Shown here: piece by piece, positions 16,619-25,615 of the stretch
How positions within the stretch are numbered: position 1 is the first letter of the stretch
Layout: each line of letters begins with the position of its first letter
Origin: an uncultured Chloroflexia bacterium
Lineage (GTDB): Bacteria; Chloroflexota; Anaerolineae; Anaerolineales; Anaerolineaceae
NCBI GenBank assembly: GCA_963704755.1
Contig: OY969938.1
Location: 4,110,001-4,142,000 of the forward strand
DNA length: 32,000 nt
Direction of reading: 5' to 3'
Program-made: the position numbers and the translations under genes
Notes under the pieces: generated by a model
Told to the model about the DNA's origin: nothing
The model's input: the letters and a program-made list of their open reading frames with translations, nothing else
The model's database searches: none

Positions 16619-17305
16619 TCAGCCCTGGTGCCAGCGTTGCAAAAAAAAAGGCAATATTTCGAATAAATCCTTCATAATTTCACGGGTGTGCTGTTCGAAA
16701 AATGTCCAGTTGTCGTAGGCTTCACCGCCCTGGTTATTGACCAGGTCGGTTACACCGCGCAAGACCAGGCAGGGCAGCCGGTTTCGGGCAACCGTCCAGG
16801 CGATAGCGCCCGACTCCCAATCCGAGGCGGCAGCGTTGTACTGGCCCAACAAAGTATCCACTTCCAGCGGATCGATGTCCCGGTCGGCCGAGATGAGCCG
16901 GCCGCGGCGGACGCCTGCGGGCAAATCCGGTCCCAGCCAGGCCAGGTCTGGGGCAGTGGTATAGGCCGCCAGGGCTTCCTGGGCATCGCCCATGCGCTCG
17001 TAGATGTCGTACACCAGCAGTTCATCGGCCAACAGGATTTCGCCGCGCTGGATCTTCCCCTCGAACCCGCCGCAGGTGCCCAGGTTGATGACCAACTGCG
17101 GCTGCCAGCGGTCGATACCGTATTGCATCGAGGCCGCCGCTGAAATTTTTCCCCAACCGCCTTGCATCCAGATCACCTGGCTCTGGTCGATATGCTGATC
17201 GATAAACTGGCCGAAGGGGGTAATCCCTTTCTGGTTTTGGGGCAGCAGGCCCTGAATTACCTGCCATTCTGTATCGGCGGAGATGGTGACCAGGAATTCC
17301 GCCAT
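16619..17305 (-). CDS. Nucleoside phosphorylase superfamily protein (MTA/SAH nucleosidase-like)
   Basis: GGWGKISAAASMQ...LVINLGTCGGF...DWESGAIAWTVARNRLPCLVLRGVTDLV matches the PNP_UDP_1 / MtnN-like pattern. Its start overlaps the upstream stop (TAATG). Confidence 0.65.
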   Translation of the reverse strand: MAEFLVTISADTEWQVIQGLLPQNQKGITPFGQFIDQHIDQSQVIWMQGGWGKISAAASMQYGIDRWQPQLVINLGTCGGFEGKIQRGEILLADELLVYDIYERMGDAQEALAAYTTAPDLAWLGPDLPAGVRRGRLISADRDIDPLEVDTLLGQYNAAASDWESGAIAWTVARNRLPCLVLRGVTDLVNNQGGEAYDNWTFFEQHTREIMKDLFEILPFFLQRWHQG

Positions 17306-18543
17306 TACCCGGTTTTCCTGGTAAAGATATCGTCGCCGCTGAGGTCAACGTGATTATTGCGCAGCAGGTTGACCAATCGTTTGCGGCCGATGGCTTCATG
17401 GCGGGCCGGAATCTGGTGGGCCGCATGCCAGGCTATTTCGGCTATTTCGAAGGCGGCGTTCGGGCGGCCCAGTTGACAGGCGCGTTCGGCTCGCTGGTGC
17501 AAGAGTTCGGCGCCGTTCATGGTCAGGTGGCTCAGGGCTTCCAGGATCTGGATCGCGTTTTCCACCCGCTCACCGGCGCCGTTGTTGACCACGTAATCCA
17601 TGTTGCCGGCTTCCTGACCGGGCAGCACGTCGATCAGCAGCATTGGCAGGCCGCAAGCCAGGGATTCGGTGACGACCAGCCCGCCGGCTTTGCACATGAT
17701 CAGGTCGGACGCGTGCATCAGGTTGGGCATATTTTCGGTGTATTCGAACAGGTGCAGCGGAATGTGCCAGTGAGAGTCTTCGAGTTCCTGGTAAAGCTCC
17801 TGATCTTTACCGCACACCACGATCAATTGGACCGGGAAGCCGGAGTGGTTGATGATATTGAGCGATTCTTCCAACCCCTGCACCCGTTTACTCCCGACGG
17901 CCAGGATGGTCAGCAGGTCGGGATTCCAACCCAGTTCACGGCGCACCTCCTGCTTGGGGCGCTCATCCTGAGAAAGGGCCGGGTGGACCGGGATACCGGT
18001 GATGGTGATTTTTTCGGGAGCCACGCCGGCTTCAATGGCCAGGTCCCTAACCGTTTCAGTAGGCACCATCAGGGAATCGACGTGCGAATGGAACCAAATG
18101 TGATGGACGGTTGCCAGGTCGGTAACGACCTCGATCAAGGGCACGTAGGTGTTCAATATGGTGAATAATGAGGTCAAGGGCGCCTGGTAGAGCGGGTAGG
18201 TGGACAAAATCACGTCGGGGCGAATACGGCGCATCACATCCCGCATTACATCGAACAGCATAACGGTCAAAGCGCTCTCCATCAAAGCGCTGGTGACGGT
18301 GAAGTCGGAAGCGTCGTAGCCCAACCGGTACAGTTCCGGCGCACGCCGGACCATTTTGTCGTAGTCGGATTGGCTGTCGCGCAGTAAGGCCGGAGTGCGT
18401 TTGTCATCCAGGGGGTTGGCCACTTCGATCTCAACTGCATCCTCATATCGTTCCAATAATGCAGCCTGGAGCGCATTGGCGGCGCTGCGATGACCAAAAC
18501 CGGCGTCAGCCGTCAAAATGAGAACGCGTTTTTTATGATCCAT
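17305..18543 (-). CDS. MGDG-synthase-like / GT28-family glycosyltransferase (diacylglycerol glycosyltransferase type)
   Basis: The N-terminus KRVLILTADAGFGHRSAANAL is typical of the MGDG_synth domain. The C-terminus has a GT28-like KAGGLVVTESLACGLPML. Confidence 0.8.
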   Translation of the reverse strand: MDHKKRVLILTADAGFGHRSAANALQAALLERYEDAVEIEVANPLDDKRTPALLRDSQSDYDKMVRRAPELYRLGYDASDFTVTSALMESALTVMLFDVMRDVMRRIRPDVILSTYPLYQAPLTSLFTILNTYVPLIEVVTDLATVHHIWFHSHVDSLMVPTETVRDLAIEAGVAPEKITITGIPVHPALSQDERPKQEVRRELGWNPDLLTILAVGSKRVQGLEESLNIINHSGFPVQLIVVCGKDQELYQELEDSHWHIPLHLFEYTENMPNLMHASDLIMCKAGGLVVTESLACGLPMLLIDVLPGQEAGNMDYVVNNGAGERVENAIQILEALSHLTMNGAELLHQRAERACQLGRPNAAFEIAEIAWHAAHQIPARHEAIGRKRLVNLLRNNHVDLSGDDIFTRKTG

Positions 18544-18553
18544 GGTTGCCTGT

Positions 18554-19069
18554 TTAGTTTTCCGCCGGGAGGTGACCGGTCAGGTAATCTTCCAGCAAAG
18601 AAAGCGCTTTATGAGCCGACTGGGCTTTATTGGCGACCCGGTCGCCTTGCCAGGTGAACTGCCAGGCCCAATTTCCGTCCGGTGCGCTCATGCCCAGCCA
18701 GACCAGGCCCACCGGCTTACCGGGCATCCCGCCGCCAGGTCCGGCAATTCCGCTGATCGATAGGGTGATGAGTTGTTCGATCGGGATTTCATTACCGGAG
18801 AAGACCCTCCGGGCGCCAATGGCCATTTCGATTACCGTCTCGCGGCTGACCGCGCCGTAGCGGTCGAGGGTTTCCGGGTGAACGCCCAGGATCATGCGTT
18901 TGGCTTCGTAGGCATAGGCCGTTACTCCGCCCAGGTAATATTCGGATGAGCCGGGCACATTGGTGACCAGGTCGCTGACCAAACCTCCGGTACAAGATTC
19001 GGCTACGGCCAGTTTAAGGCCGCGTTTGAGCAGCAAAGGCCCGATGATTTTTTCGACTGGTTCTCCCAC
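18554..19069 (-). CDS. pncC: CinA C-terminal domain protein (nicotinamide-nucleotide amidohydrolase PncC-like)
   Basis: LAVAESCTGGLVSDLVTNVPGSSEYYLGGVTAYAYEAKRMILGV...SGIAGPGGG is the CinA_C signature. I start at the GTG at 19069 behind AGGAG. The 414-aa track ORF is an unsupported upstream extension overlapping the opposite-strand GH1 gene. Confidence 0.85.
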   Translation of the reverse strand: MGEPVEKIIGPLLLKRGLKLAVAESCTGGLVSDLVTNVPGSSEYYLGGVTAYAYEAKRMILGVHPETLDRYGAVSRETVIEMAIGARRVFSGNEIPIEQLITLSISGIAGPGGGMPGKPVGLVWLGMSAPDGNWAWQFTWQGDRVANKAQSAHKALSLLEDYLTGHLPAEN

Positions 19070-19393
19070 GATAACTCCTGAATGCACTCTGGAATGGTGG
19101 CACGGTATTCGAGCTTCCGCAACAGTTAAATTATAACCGAGTATAATTGGGTCGAAAATTACCGTGGTCCCCCTGCAAATGGCAATCTTGACCCCGGTGT
19201 TGCCAATACAGCCCACCCTGGCAAAAGTCGCCAGGGCCTGAGATGACAAAAATCCTGGCTTCCATCCGGTGAAGATGGAAAAGCCATATACCCCTGCATG
19301 GAGCAGGGTCAGCGGGGACACGAGTTTCATTGCCGTAGGACCATCCATTACGTGCGCCTGGCCCGGGTTGGACCCACGAGGAGAGAAGCTACC

Positions 19394-20722
19394 ATGCCAC
19401 AAGCCACATTCCATTTTCCTGTCGGGTTCCTGTGGGGAACCGCAACCGCCGCACACCAGGTGGAGGGCAGCAACACCAATAACAACTGGGCTGCTTGGGA
19501 GGCCGAACCCGGCCGGATTATCCAGGGCCAAAAGGCCGGCCTGGCCTGTGACTGGTGGGGCGGGCGCTGGAAAGAAGATTTCGACCGGGCCGCCGAGACC
19601 GGCCAGAATGCCCATCGTTTTTCGGTAGAATGGAGCCGCATCCAACCCAAGCCGGATGTGTGGGACGAGGATGCCCTGAATTATTACCGCGAAATGCTGC
19701 GTGGCCTGGCGCACCGCGGGTTGACTCCTATGGTGACCCTGCATCACTTCACCGACCCGCTCTGGCTGGTGGAGCAGGGCGGTTGGGAGAACCCACAAAC
19801 ATCGATTTTATTCGAGAAATATGCCGGCAAGGTGGTCGAGGCGCTCAAAGAATACGTCACTTTGTGGGTAACGATCAATGAGCCCAATGTATATGCCTAC
19901 GGGGGTTATCTCAACGGCGGCTTCCCGCCCGGAAAGAACGACATGGGACTGGCGTTTAACGTCACAGCCAATTTGATCCGCGGCCATGCGGCCGCTTACC
20001 GCACCATCCACGCCCTGCAGCGCGAAGCTCGGGTGGGCATCGCCTTGAACTACCGCAGTTTTGCCCCGGCTCACCCGGCTTTGCCTTTCGACAGTTGGAT
20101 GGCCCGCTTTCTCTTCGACAACTTTAATGGAAGCTTTCTGAATACCCTGGTCAACGGGCGGCTGCGGTTTGCGTTCAAGAGCGAACAAATCCCGGAAGCG
20201 ATCAAGACCCAGGACTTCGTCGGCGTCAATTATTACTCGCGCGACCAGGTCAGCTTCCGGCCGCTGGAACCCCAGGCGCTCTTTCATCACCTCTCCTACC
20301 CGCCGGGATCCGATTTGAGCGATAACGGATTCATCGCGAATGTGCCCCAGGGAATGCACGAAGCGCTCAAATGGGCCAACGGCTTCGGGCTACCGATGCT
20401 GGTGACCGAGAATGGGGTGGAAGACAGCGACGATGACCTGCGCCCGCGCTACACCATCCAACATATCCACCAGATCTGGCGGGCAGTCAATTTCAACTGG
20501 CCGATCAAGGGCTATTTCCACTGGTCACTGGTGGACAATTTCGAATGGGAGCGCGGCTGGACCCAACGTTTTGGTTTGTGGGGCCTGGATACCGAAACGC
20601 AGGCGCGCATTCGCCGCACCAGTGTGGACGTGTACGCCGCGATTTGCCGCGAAAACGGTATCGCTTCCGAGATGGTCCAGCGCTATACGCCCGAGATTTT
20701 TAGTAAATTATTTCCGGAGTAA
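19394..20722 (+). CDS. Glycoside hydrolase family 1 beta-glucosidase
   Basis: FLWGTATAAHQVEG, TLHHFTDPLW, WVTINEP (acid/base Glu) and LVTENG (nucleophile Glu). I chose the ATG at 19394 behind GAGGAGAG over the track start at 19298. Confidence 0.9.
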   Translation: MPQATFHFPVGFLWGTATAAHQVEGSNTNNNWAAWEAEPGRIIQGQKAGLACDWWGGRWKEDFDRAAETGQNAHRFSVEWSRIQPKPDVWDEDALNYYREMLRGLAHRGLTPMVTLHHFTDPLWLVEQGGWENPQTSILFEKYAGKVVEALKEYVTLWVTINEPNVYAYGGYLNGGFPPGKNDMGLAFNVTANLIRGHAAAYRTIHALQREARVGIALNYRSFAPAHPALPFDSWMARFLFDNFNGSFLNTLVNGRLRFAFKSEQIPEAIKTQDFVGVNYYSRDQVSFRPLEPQALFHHLSYPPGSDLSDNGFIANVPQGMHEALKWANGFGLPMLVTENGVEDSDDDLRPRYTIQHIHQIWRAVNFNWPIKGYFHWSLVDNFEWERGWTQRFGLWGLDTETQARIRRTSVDVYAAICRENGIASEMVQRYTPEIFSKLFPE

Positions 20723-20727
20723 GGCAG

Positions 20728-21294
20728 ATGGTCGAGTTGTGGTTATTGCGACATGGCGAAACGGACTGGAACCGTGAGGGTCGTTATCAGGGCCAAACGG
20801 ATGTCCTCTTGAATGACACCGGCCGCCGCCAGGCTCTGGAGGTTTCCAAAACATTGCCCGGGACGACTTTCGCCGCCATCTTTTCCAGTGACTTGCGCCG
20901 GGCCGCGGAAACGGCCGAAATCCAGGCCGCGGTTCTAGGGCTGCCGGTGCAGCTCGACCGGCGCTTGCGCGAGGTCTGCTTTGGCGAGTGGGAAAGTCAG
21001 CTCGTGCGGGAAGTACAAAAAGGGCGTGACTTGCGCGAGCAATCGATACCTGTGGATGCCCGTGCGCCGGGGGGTGAATCTATCCTGGAAGTGGCGGCAC
21101 GTACGGCAGCCGCCGCCGACGAGATGGATCGGCTTTACGCCGGCCGGCGTGTGCTGGTGGTAGCGCATGGATTGAGCCTGGCCACGCTGATCTGCCAGGC
21201 GGAAGGCGTACCGCTCGCACAGGCATCGGCACATACTCCGCGTAATTGCGTGCCCCAGGTGATCAAATGGGGTCAGGGACTTTCCGATCAGTAA
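20728..21294 (+). CDS. Histidine phosphatase family protein (phosphoglycerate mutase-like)
   Basis: LLRHGETDWN catalytic RHG motif and a later VVAHG. Starts 5 nt after the GH1 stop. Confidence 0.85.
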   Translation: MVELWLLRHGETDWNREGRYQGQTDVLLNDTGRRQALEVSKTLPGTTFAAIFSSDLRRAAETAEIQAAVLGLPVQLDRRLREVCFGEWESQLVREVQKGRDLREQSIPVDARAPGGESILEVAARTAAAADEMDRLYAGRRVLVVAHGLSLATLICQAEGVPLAQASAHTPRNCVPQVIKWGQGLSDQ

Positions 21295-21302
21295 TTTACG
21301 AG

Positions 21303-21359
21303 GGAGAGTGTTTTTGTTGTTTTTCGTGCTTCACGCGAAAAACAACAAAAACACTCTCC
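21303..21359. terminator. Long T/A-tract hairpin between convergent genes (bidirectional terminator candidate)
   Basis: Arms ggagagtgtttttgttgtttttcg / cgaaaaacaacaaaaacactctcc (24 bp) flank a short loop. A second hairpin cgaacagttgaa / ttcaactgttcg (21405-21433) overlaps the stop of the 825-aa gene. Confidence 0.6.
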
Positions 21360-21422
21360 TTTCCTGGGAAAGCTGAGTTTTTTAAAATTTCTTTCGATGT
21401 AGAACGAACAGTTGAATATACT

Positions 21423-23900
21423 TCAACTGTTCGGCGGTTCTTCGTCATCATCGTCATACCAACGGCCGGGGTTGGGCGGGGTTGCGGGATGGGAGGGCAG
21501 CAGGGGGAACTTCAACAAACCTTTGCGGTAGAGCAGCAACCCGGCTACCCCCAGGGCAATTATTTCGACGCCGAACAAACCCAGCAAATAGAGCCGGTAG
21601 CGGGCCAAATTGGATGGCGGGGATTGGGTCTGGCCTCCGGCTGGGGGAACTTCAGTCGCGGCTGAAGCGGTCACACCCGGCGCGTTGGGGGTCGCACTCG
21701 CCGCGACCGGGTAACCGTTTTCATCCAGTACGGTAGATGAGGTGCCACTTTGGACCGGGTAACCCGTTCCCGAAACAGGCGTCCGGCTGGCGGTCAGCTC
21801 GGCGGGCGATGGCGTGGCGGTTCGAGTCTCTGTGCCGGAAGATGTGCTGCCGGCCGGGTAAGCGCTGCTCAGGCTGGAAGAAGTATTGTTGCCGGCCGGA
21901 TAAGCGCTACTCAGACTGGATTGGGTGCCCGAATAAGTGGTGGTGATGGTAGGCGTGCGGGAGGGAAAGCTGGTGCGGGTGTGGGTGGGCGTGGGTGAGC
22001 GGTAAATGATCGCTGTGGCCGTACGGGTACGCGTCTTGGTGCGGGTAAGGGTGATCGTCCGCGTGGGTGTGATGGTACGGGTCAGTGTGATGGTGCGGGT
22101 AATGGTGGGGGTATTCGCCGCGGTTGGCTGTTGCGGCAGCAGCCCGACCACGAAGGGGGTAAAGAACAGGTCGTTGGAGAAATCAGGACGCCCTTCATTG
22201 TCGATGCTGACCCGGATCTCCTTGGCGGTGGTATCACAACTCGTCGCCTGGCCGGTGTGGCCGGTCGTCAACCAGGCAGGCGAATCGCTGGCCGGGTCGA
22301 GCCACCAGAGCGGGAACGCAGCCGGGTCCGGGCTGGCGCAGTAGCTGGTCGATGCAATAGCGCTGGTACAGGCAGAGGTGATCTGGTCGTAGCGGAAGGA
22401 CAGATCCAGGCTGCCCGGAGCCGGGTCATCCGCCTGAGTGAACACGTCATAATAGTTGGAACAGGCAGTCAGGTTTTCCGGCGATCCGCCGGTGAAGGGA
22501 ACGTTGCCCGGGCTGCCGTTGCCGTGATTGAGGATGTACAGGCCATAGTCGCCCTGCCCGTCGGCGTGTTGGAAGGACACCAGCCCGCCGAATGCGCTGG
22601 ACCTGCTGGCCGTGACGCTGACCAACTGGCCCTGGACGCCGGGAGCACCGTTGTTAGTCAGGATCGGCGCACCCAGGCGTTTGGCGGCTGCGACCGTGCA
22701 GCCTTGGACGGCGCTGTCGGTCGGGACGCCCGCTCCCCAGAAGTTGTGATCCACCTGGCCGCCGGCATCGCCGCACTGGACCTGGACCCCATTTTGGTTG
22801 GCGTACAGGTTATTGGCGACAGCCGTAACCGTCCCGGTCGTGTTTTCGGCCAGCAGGGCATAGCCGGCGTTGCTGGTGATATTATCGAAGCTCAGGCTGA
22901 CGTTGGCGGTATCGTCGGCCAGGATGTGAACCGCGTCGCCCCCGCCGGTCAGGCTGGCGGATTGGATGGCGACAGGTGCGCTGCTATTGATCTCGACCAG
23001 GTCGCGATCGGTGCTGCCGCCGCAATTGCCGTCGTCGATGGACAGGTTTTGCAGGGTGATGCCGGCGTTGAGCGCGAGCATGGGGTTGTCGCAGCCCTGG
23101 CCGGCATAAGTGATGCGGGCGTTGTTCAACCCTTGCAGCGTCAGGGGCTGGTCCAGTACCACGGTGTTGCTCTTGATCTGGTAGCTGCCCAGGATGTTGA
23201 TGACGGCCGAGTCCTGACCGGCCAGGGCATCGGCTGCGTCCTTCAGCCCGGTGCCGTAGCCGCCGTTGGCGTCACTGCCGGAGTTGACGTAGCAGGGGGA
23301 ATAAGAGCTGCAATTGTTTGCGTCACTCGCCACATAAACAGAAGGCTGGATTGGAATAACCGTTATGGTGGTGGAAGCCTGGATTGGGTTTGACCATTCC
23401 TGACTGCTGTCGGTACGTTGATACGCCCAGGCGCCGACCGCTTTGGTAATGCTGGCGGTATTCCCGATGCGGAAGTTGTAATCGATCGAATCGCTGAAAG
23501 GTGAACCCGGAATTGTGGCAGATGCTGCACCAATCAGCGTGTACCCGTCAGCGGCACCACATTGAGATTGCCCATCACTTTCGGAAAGTTGGGTAATTCC
23601 GGAAATGGTTGAGGAAATCAATTCGAAACTGGAGGTACCCCATTCATTGGGTGCATAAAAACAAGCCAGAAAGTCTGGTTGATCGGCAACTGTATCGAAT
23701 TGAAAACGCATACTTACCGTTTGACCGGCGACACACCCGGTCGAGGGGCAAGCGGAAGGGTTTAGAAGCGTTAATGCGGTCGTTTCAACCGATTGGGCCG
23801 CCGAGGAGCGAATCCCAAATACGGACAGGGCCAGAATCACCAGCAGGGCCAGCCTGGCAGATATGTGCGTAAATATAGAATGTTGTGTGGATTTAGACAC
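21423..23900 (-). CDS. Secreted, C-terminally membrane-anchored protein with right-handed parallel beta-helix repeats
   Basis: Signal peptide (RLALLVILALSVFGIRSSAAQS). Central Gly/Asn/Asp-rich repeats are typical of pectin-lyase-fold beta-helices (NITSNAGYALLAENTTG, ANNLYANQNGVQVQCGD). A Thr-Arg periodic linker and Ser/Thr-rich AYPAG repeats follow. A C-terminal TM (LYLLGLFGVEIIALGVAGLLLY) and an acidic tail close the protein. Start is a GTG at 23900 with a weak RBS. Confidence 0.7.
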   Translation of the reverse strand: MSKSTQHSIFTHISARLALLVILALSVFGIRSSAAQSVETTALTLLNPSACPSTGCVAGQTVSMRFQFDTVADQPDFLACFYAPNEWGTSSFELISSTISGITQLSESDGQSQCGAADGYTLIGAASATIPGSPFSDSIDYNFRIGNTASITKAVGAWAYQRTDSSQEWSNPIQASTTITVIPIQPSVYVASDANNCSSYSPCYVNSGSDANGGYGTGLKDAADALAGQDSAVINILGSYQIKSNTVVLDQPLTLQGLNNARITYAGQGCDNPMLALNAGITLQNLSIDDGNCGGSTDRDLVEINSSAPVAIQSASLTGGGDAVHILADDTANVSLSFDNITSNAGYALLAENTTGTVTAVANNLYANQNGVQVQCGDAGGQVDHNFWGAGVPTDSAVQGCTVAAAKRLGAPILTNNGAPGVQGQLVSVTASRSSAFGGLVSFQHADGQGDYGLYILNHGNGSPGNVPFTGGSPENLTACSNYYDVFTQADDPAPGSLDLSFRYDQITSACTSAIASTSYCASPDPAAFPLWWLDPASDSPAWLTTGHTGQATSCDTTAKEIRVSIDNEGRPDFSNDLFFTPFVVGLLPQQPTAANTPTITRTITLTRTITPTRTITLTRTKTRTRTATAIIYRSPTPTHTRTSFPSRTPTITTTYSGTQSSLSSAYPAGNNTSSSLSSAYPAGSTSSGTETRTATPSPAELTASRTPVSGTGYPVQSGTSSTVLDENGYPVAASATPNAPGVTASAATEVPPAGGQTQSPPSNLARYRLYLLGLFGVEIIALGVAGLLLYRKGLLKFPLLPSHPATPPNPGRWYDDDDEEPPNS

Positions 23901-23989
23901 GGGATTTTCCCGGTAAGAGCAAAATGGTTTGGCTTCCCCACGTGCAGGGCGGGGCGATTTCCCCGGTTGCTTTGATTATACCTGAGAAA

Positions 23990-24875
23990 CGAGTTGCGAT
24001 TTATCACTTCGTAGGGCATCCGTAGGGTGGGTGGAGGGCTCCTTGAGGTTGCAGTGGAATCACCGGGTGTTTGATATCCTGAATTCGTGCCCGCAACCCA
24101 CCATTCGATCAAGTTTCTACTTGTCGGGATGGTTGGTTGCGGGCAGCTTGTAGGTTGGGTTGCGGGCTCAAGCAGAATGCCGGCGATTTGTTGGATTGTG
24201 TAACATCCCAGGCTCTGCCCGTAACCCAACATTGTGCCTGGGTATTGCCTGTGTTCGGGTGCGGGCAGGGTCTGGGTGGGTTATATGTTTTGCCTAAAAA
24301 CCAATGTTGCGATAGAGCCCGCAACCCAACCTACGAAAGGTCCGAGCTAAAAGCTCATGGCTAACGGCTAACAGCTTCTTTCCTACCGGTGGGTTACGGG
24401 CAAGGCCCGGATCACGACGCCATCCGGTGAATCGCCGGTAGTATATTCGAGCCCTGCACCCACCCACCATATATTGCGAGCTAAAAGATAACGGCTCATC
24501 ACCTGCCGGTGGGTGCAGGGCAAGGCCTGGATGGGGATACCAACCGGTGAATCGCCGGCAGTATATTCGAGCCCTGCACCCACCCACCATATATTACGAG
24601 CTAAAAGCTAATGGCTAACGGCTATTCACCTGCCGGTGGGTTACGGGCAAGGCCTGGATCACCACGCCATCCGGTGAATAGCCGGCAGTATATTCGAGCC
24701 CTGCACCCACCCACCATATATTGCGAGCTAAAAGCTAACGGCTCATCGTCTTCCGGTGGGTTACGGGCGAGGCCTGGATGGGGATACCAACCGGTGATCC
24801 GCCGGTGTTATTTTCGAGCCCTGCACCCACCCTACATTTACGCGAGCTAAAAGCTAAAAGCTAATCGCTAACGGC
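23990..24875. repeat. Array of alternating inverted 14-mers; 120/127-nt monomers forming an about 245-nt higher-order tandem unit (family B)
   Basis: ggtgggt(tac/gca)gggc occurs at 24388, 24508, 24635 and 24755. gccctgcacccacc occurs at 24451, 24571, 24698 and 24818. Loop variants alternate a-b-a-b. Diverged relatives lie in both orientations at 24089-24330. Confidence 0.9.
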
Positions 24876-24877
24876 TC

Positions 24878-25612
24878 TTAATGCAACACCTTGCTCAAAA
24901 AGGCCTTGGTGCGTTCCTGGCTGGGGTGGGAGAATAAAACTTCCGGCGTGGCTTCTTCGATAATTTGCCCGCCATCCATCAGGATGGCCCGGTGGGCGGT
25001 GGCACGGGCAAAGCCCATCTCGTGCGAGACGACCACCATGGTCATGCCTTCCTGAGCCAGGGCCAGCATCACGTCCAGCACTTCCTGGATCATTTCGGGA
25101 TCCAAGGCGCTGGTGGGCTCGTCGAACAGCATGATTTTGGGGTTCATTGCCAGGGCGCGGGCGATAGCCACACGCTGCTGCTGTCCGCCGGAGAGTTGAG
25201 CGGGGAAGGCATCGGCTTTATCGGGAATGCCTACCTTGGCGAGCAATTCTCGTCCGATCTTGACCGACTCGTCTTTGGAGCGTTTGCGCACGATGCGTTG
25301 GGCCAGCAGGACATTGTTCAGCACACTCAGGTGCGGGAACAAGTTGAACTGTTGGAAAACCATGCCGACTTCGGTACGCACGGCGTTGATGTTCTCGGCG
25401 CTGTCGAGGGGAATGCCGTCCACGATGATCTTGCCCGCGTCGAATTCCTCCAGGCGGTTGATGCAGCGCAACAGGGTCGATTTTCCCGAGCCGGACGGCC
25501 CGATAATCACCACCACTTCGCCTTTGCTCACGTCCAGGCTGACCCCTTGCAGGGCGTGTACATCCCCAAAGTGCTTGTGGATATTTTCAATATGGATGAT
25601 CGGTTCGGCCAT
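24878..25612 (-). CDS. Polar amino-acid ABC transporter ATP-binding protein
   Basis: Walker [10 protein letters not shown], signature [15 protein letters not shown], Walker [12 protein letters not shown]. GlnQ/HisP-like length and sequence. Confidence 0.9.
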   Translation of the reverse strand: MAEPIIHIENIHKHFGDVHALQGVSLDVSKGEVVVIIGPSGSGKSTLLRCINRLEEFDAGKIIVDGIPLDSAENINAVRTEVGMVFQQFNLFPHLSVLNNVLLAQRIVRKRSKDESVKIGRELLAKVGIPDKADAFPAQLSGGQQQRVAIARALAMNPKIMLFDEPTSALDPEMIQEVLDVMLALAQEGMTMVVVSHEMGFARATAHRAILMDGGQIIEEATPEVLFSHPSQERTKAFLSKVLH

Positions 25613-25615
25613 GGC

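Noticed and set aside
17350-18168. 272-aa plus-strand ORF antisense to the glycosyltransferase; similar cases are 29327-30184 (uvrC), 13602-14333 (ccmF), 10299-11322 (cytochrome), 5418-6155 (alternative frame of trpB2) and 7565-8179 / 8340-8975 (ccmC/ccmB)
   Set aside because: All are shadow ORFs inside genes with strong family signatures in another frame or strand. None has an RBS or recognisable domain.
19070-19798. N-terminal 243-aa extension of the CinA/PncC-like ORF (track ORF 18554-19798)
   Set aside because: The CinA_C domain begins right after a GTG with an AGGAG RBS at 19069. The extension has no homology signal and overlaps the GH1 gene and its promoter region on the other strand.
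21810-21830. tRNA T-arm-like word ggttcgagtc
   Set aside because: It lies inside the 825-aa CDS, and no acceptor, D or anticodon stems could be drawn around it.
22131-23393. 420-aa plus-strand ORF antisense to the 825-aa beta-helix gene (also 21750-21998 and 22006-22344)
   Set aside because: Its composition is Arg/Gly/Ala/Val-rich shadow-frame sequence typical of GC-rich DNA. It has no recognisable motifs. The opposite strand encodes a coherent signal peptide, beta-helix and TM protein.
24294-24850. ORFs inside repeat family B (24294-24590 minus strand, 24611-24850 plus strand) encoding internally repetitive peptides
   Set aside because: Monomer lengths of 120 and 127 nt are not both multiples of 3, so the repeat is not maintained at the protein level. 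There is no RBS and the peptides are Arg/Gly/Pro shadow-like.
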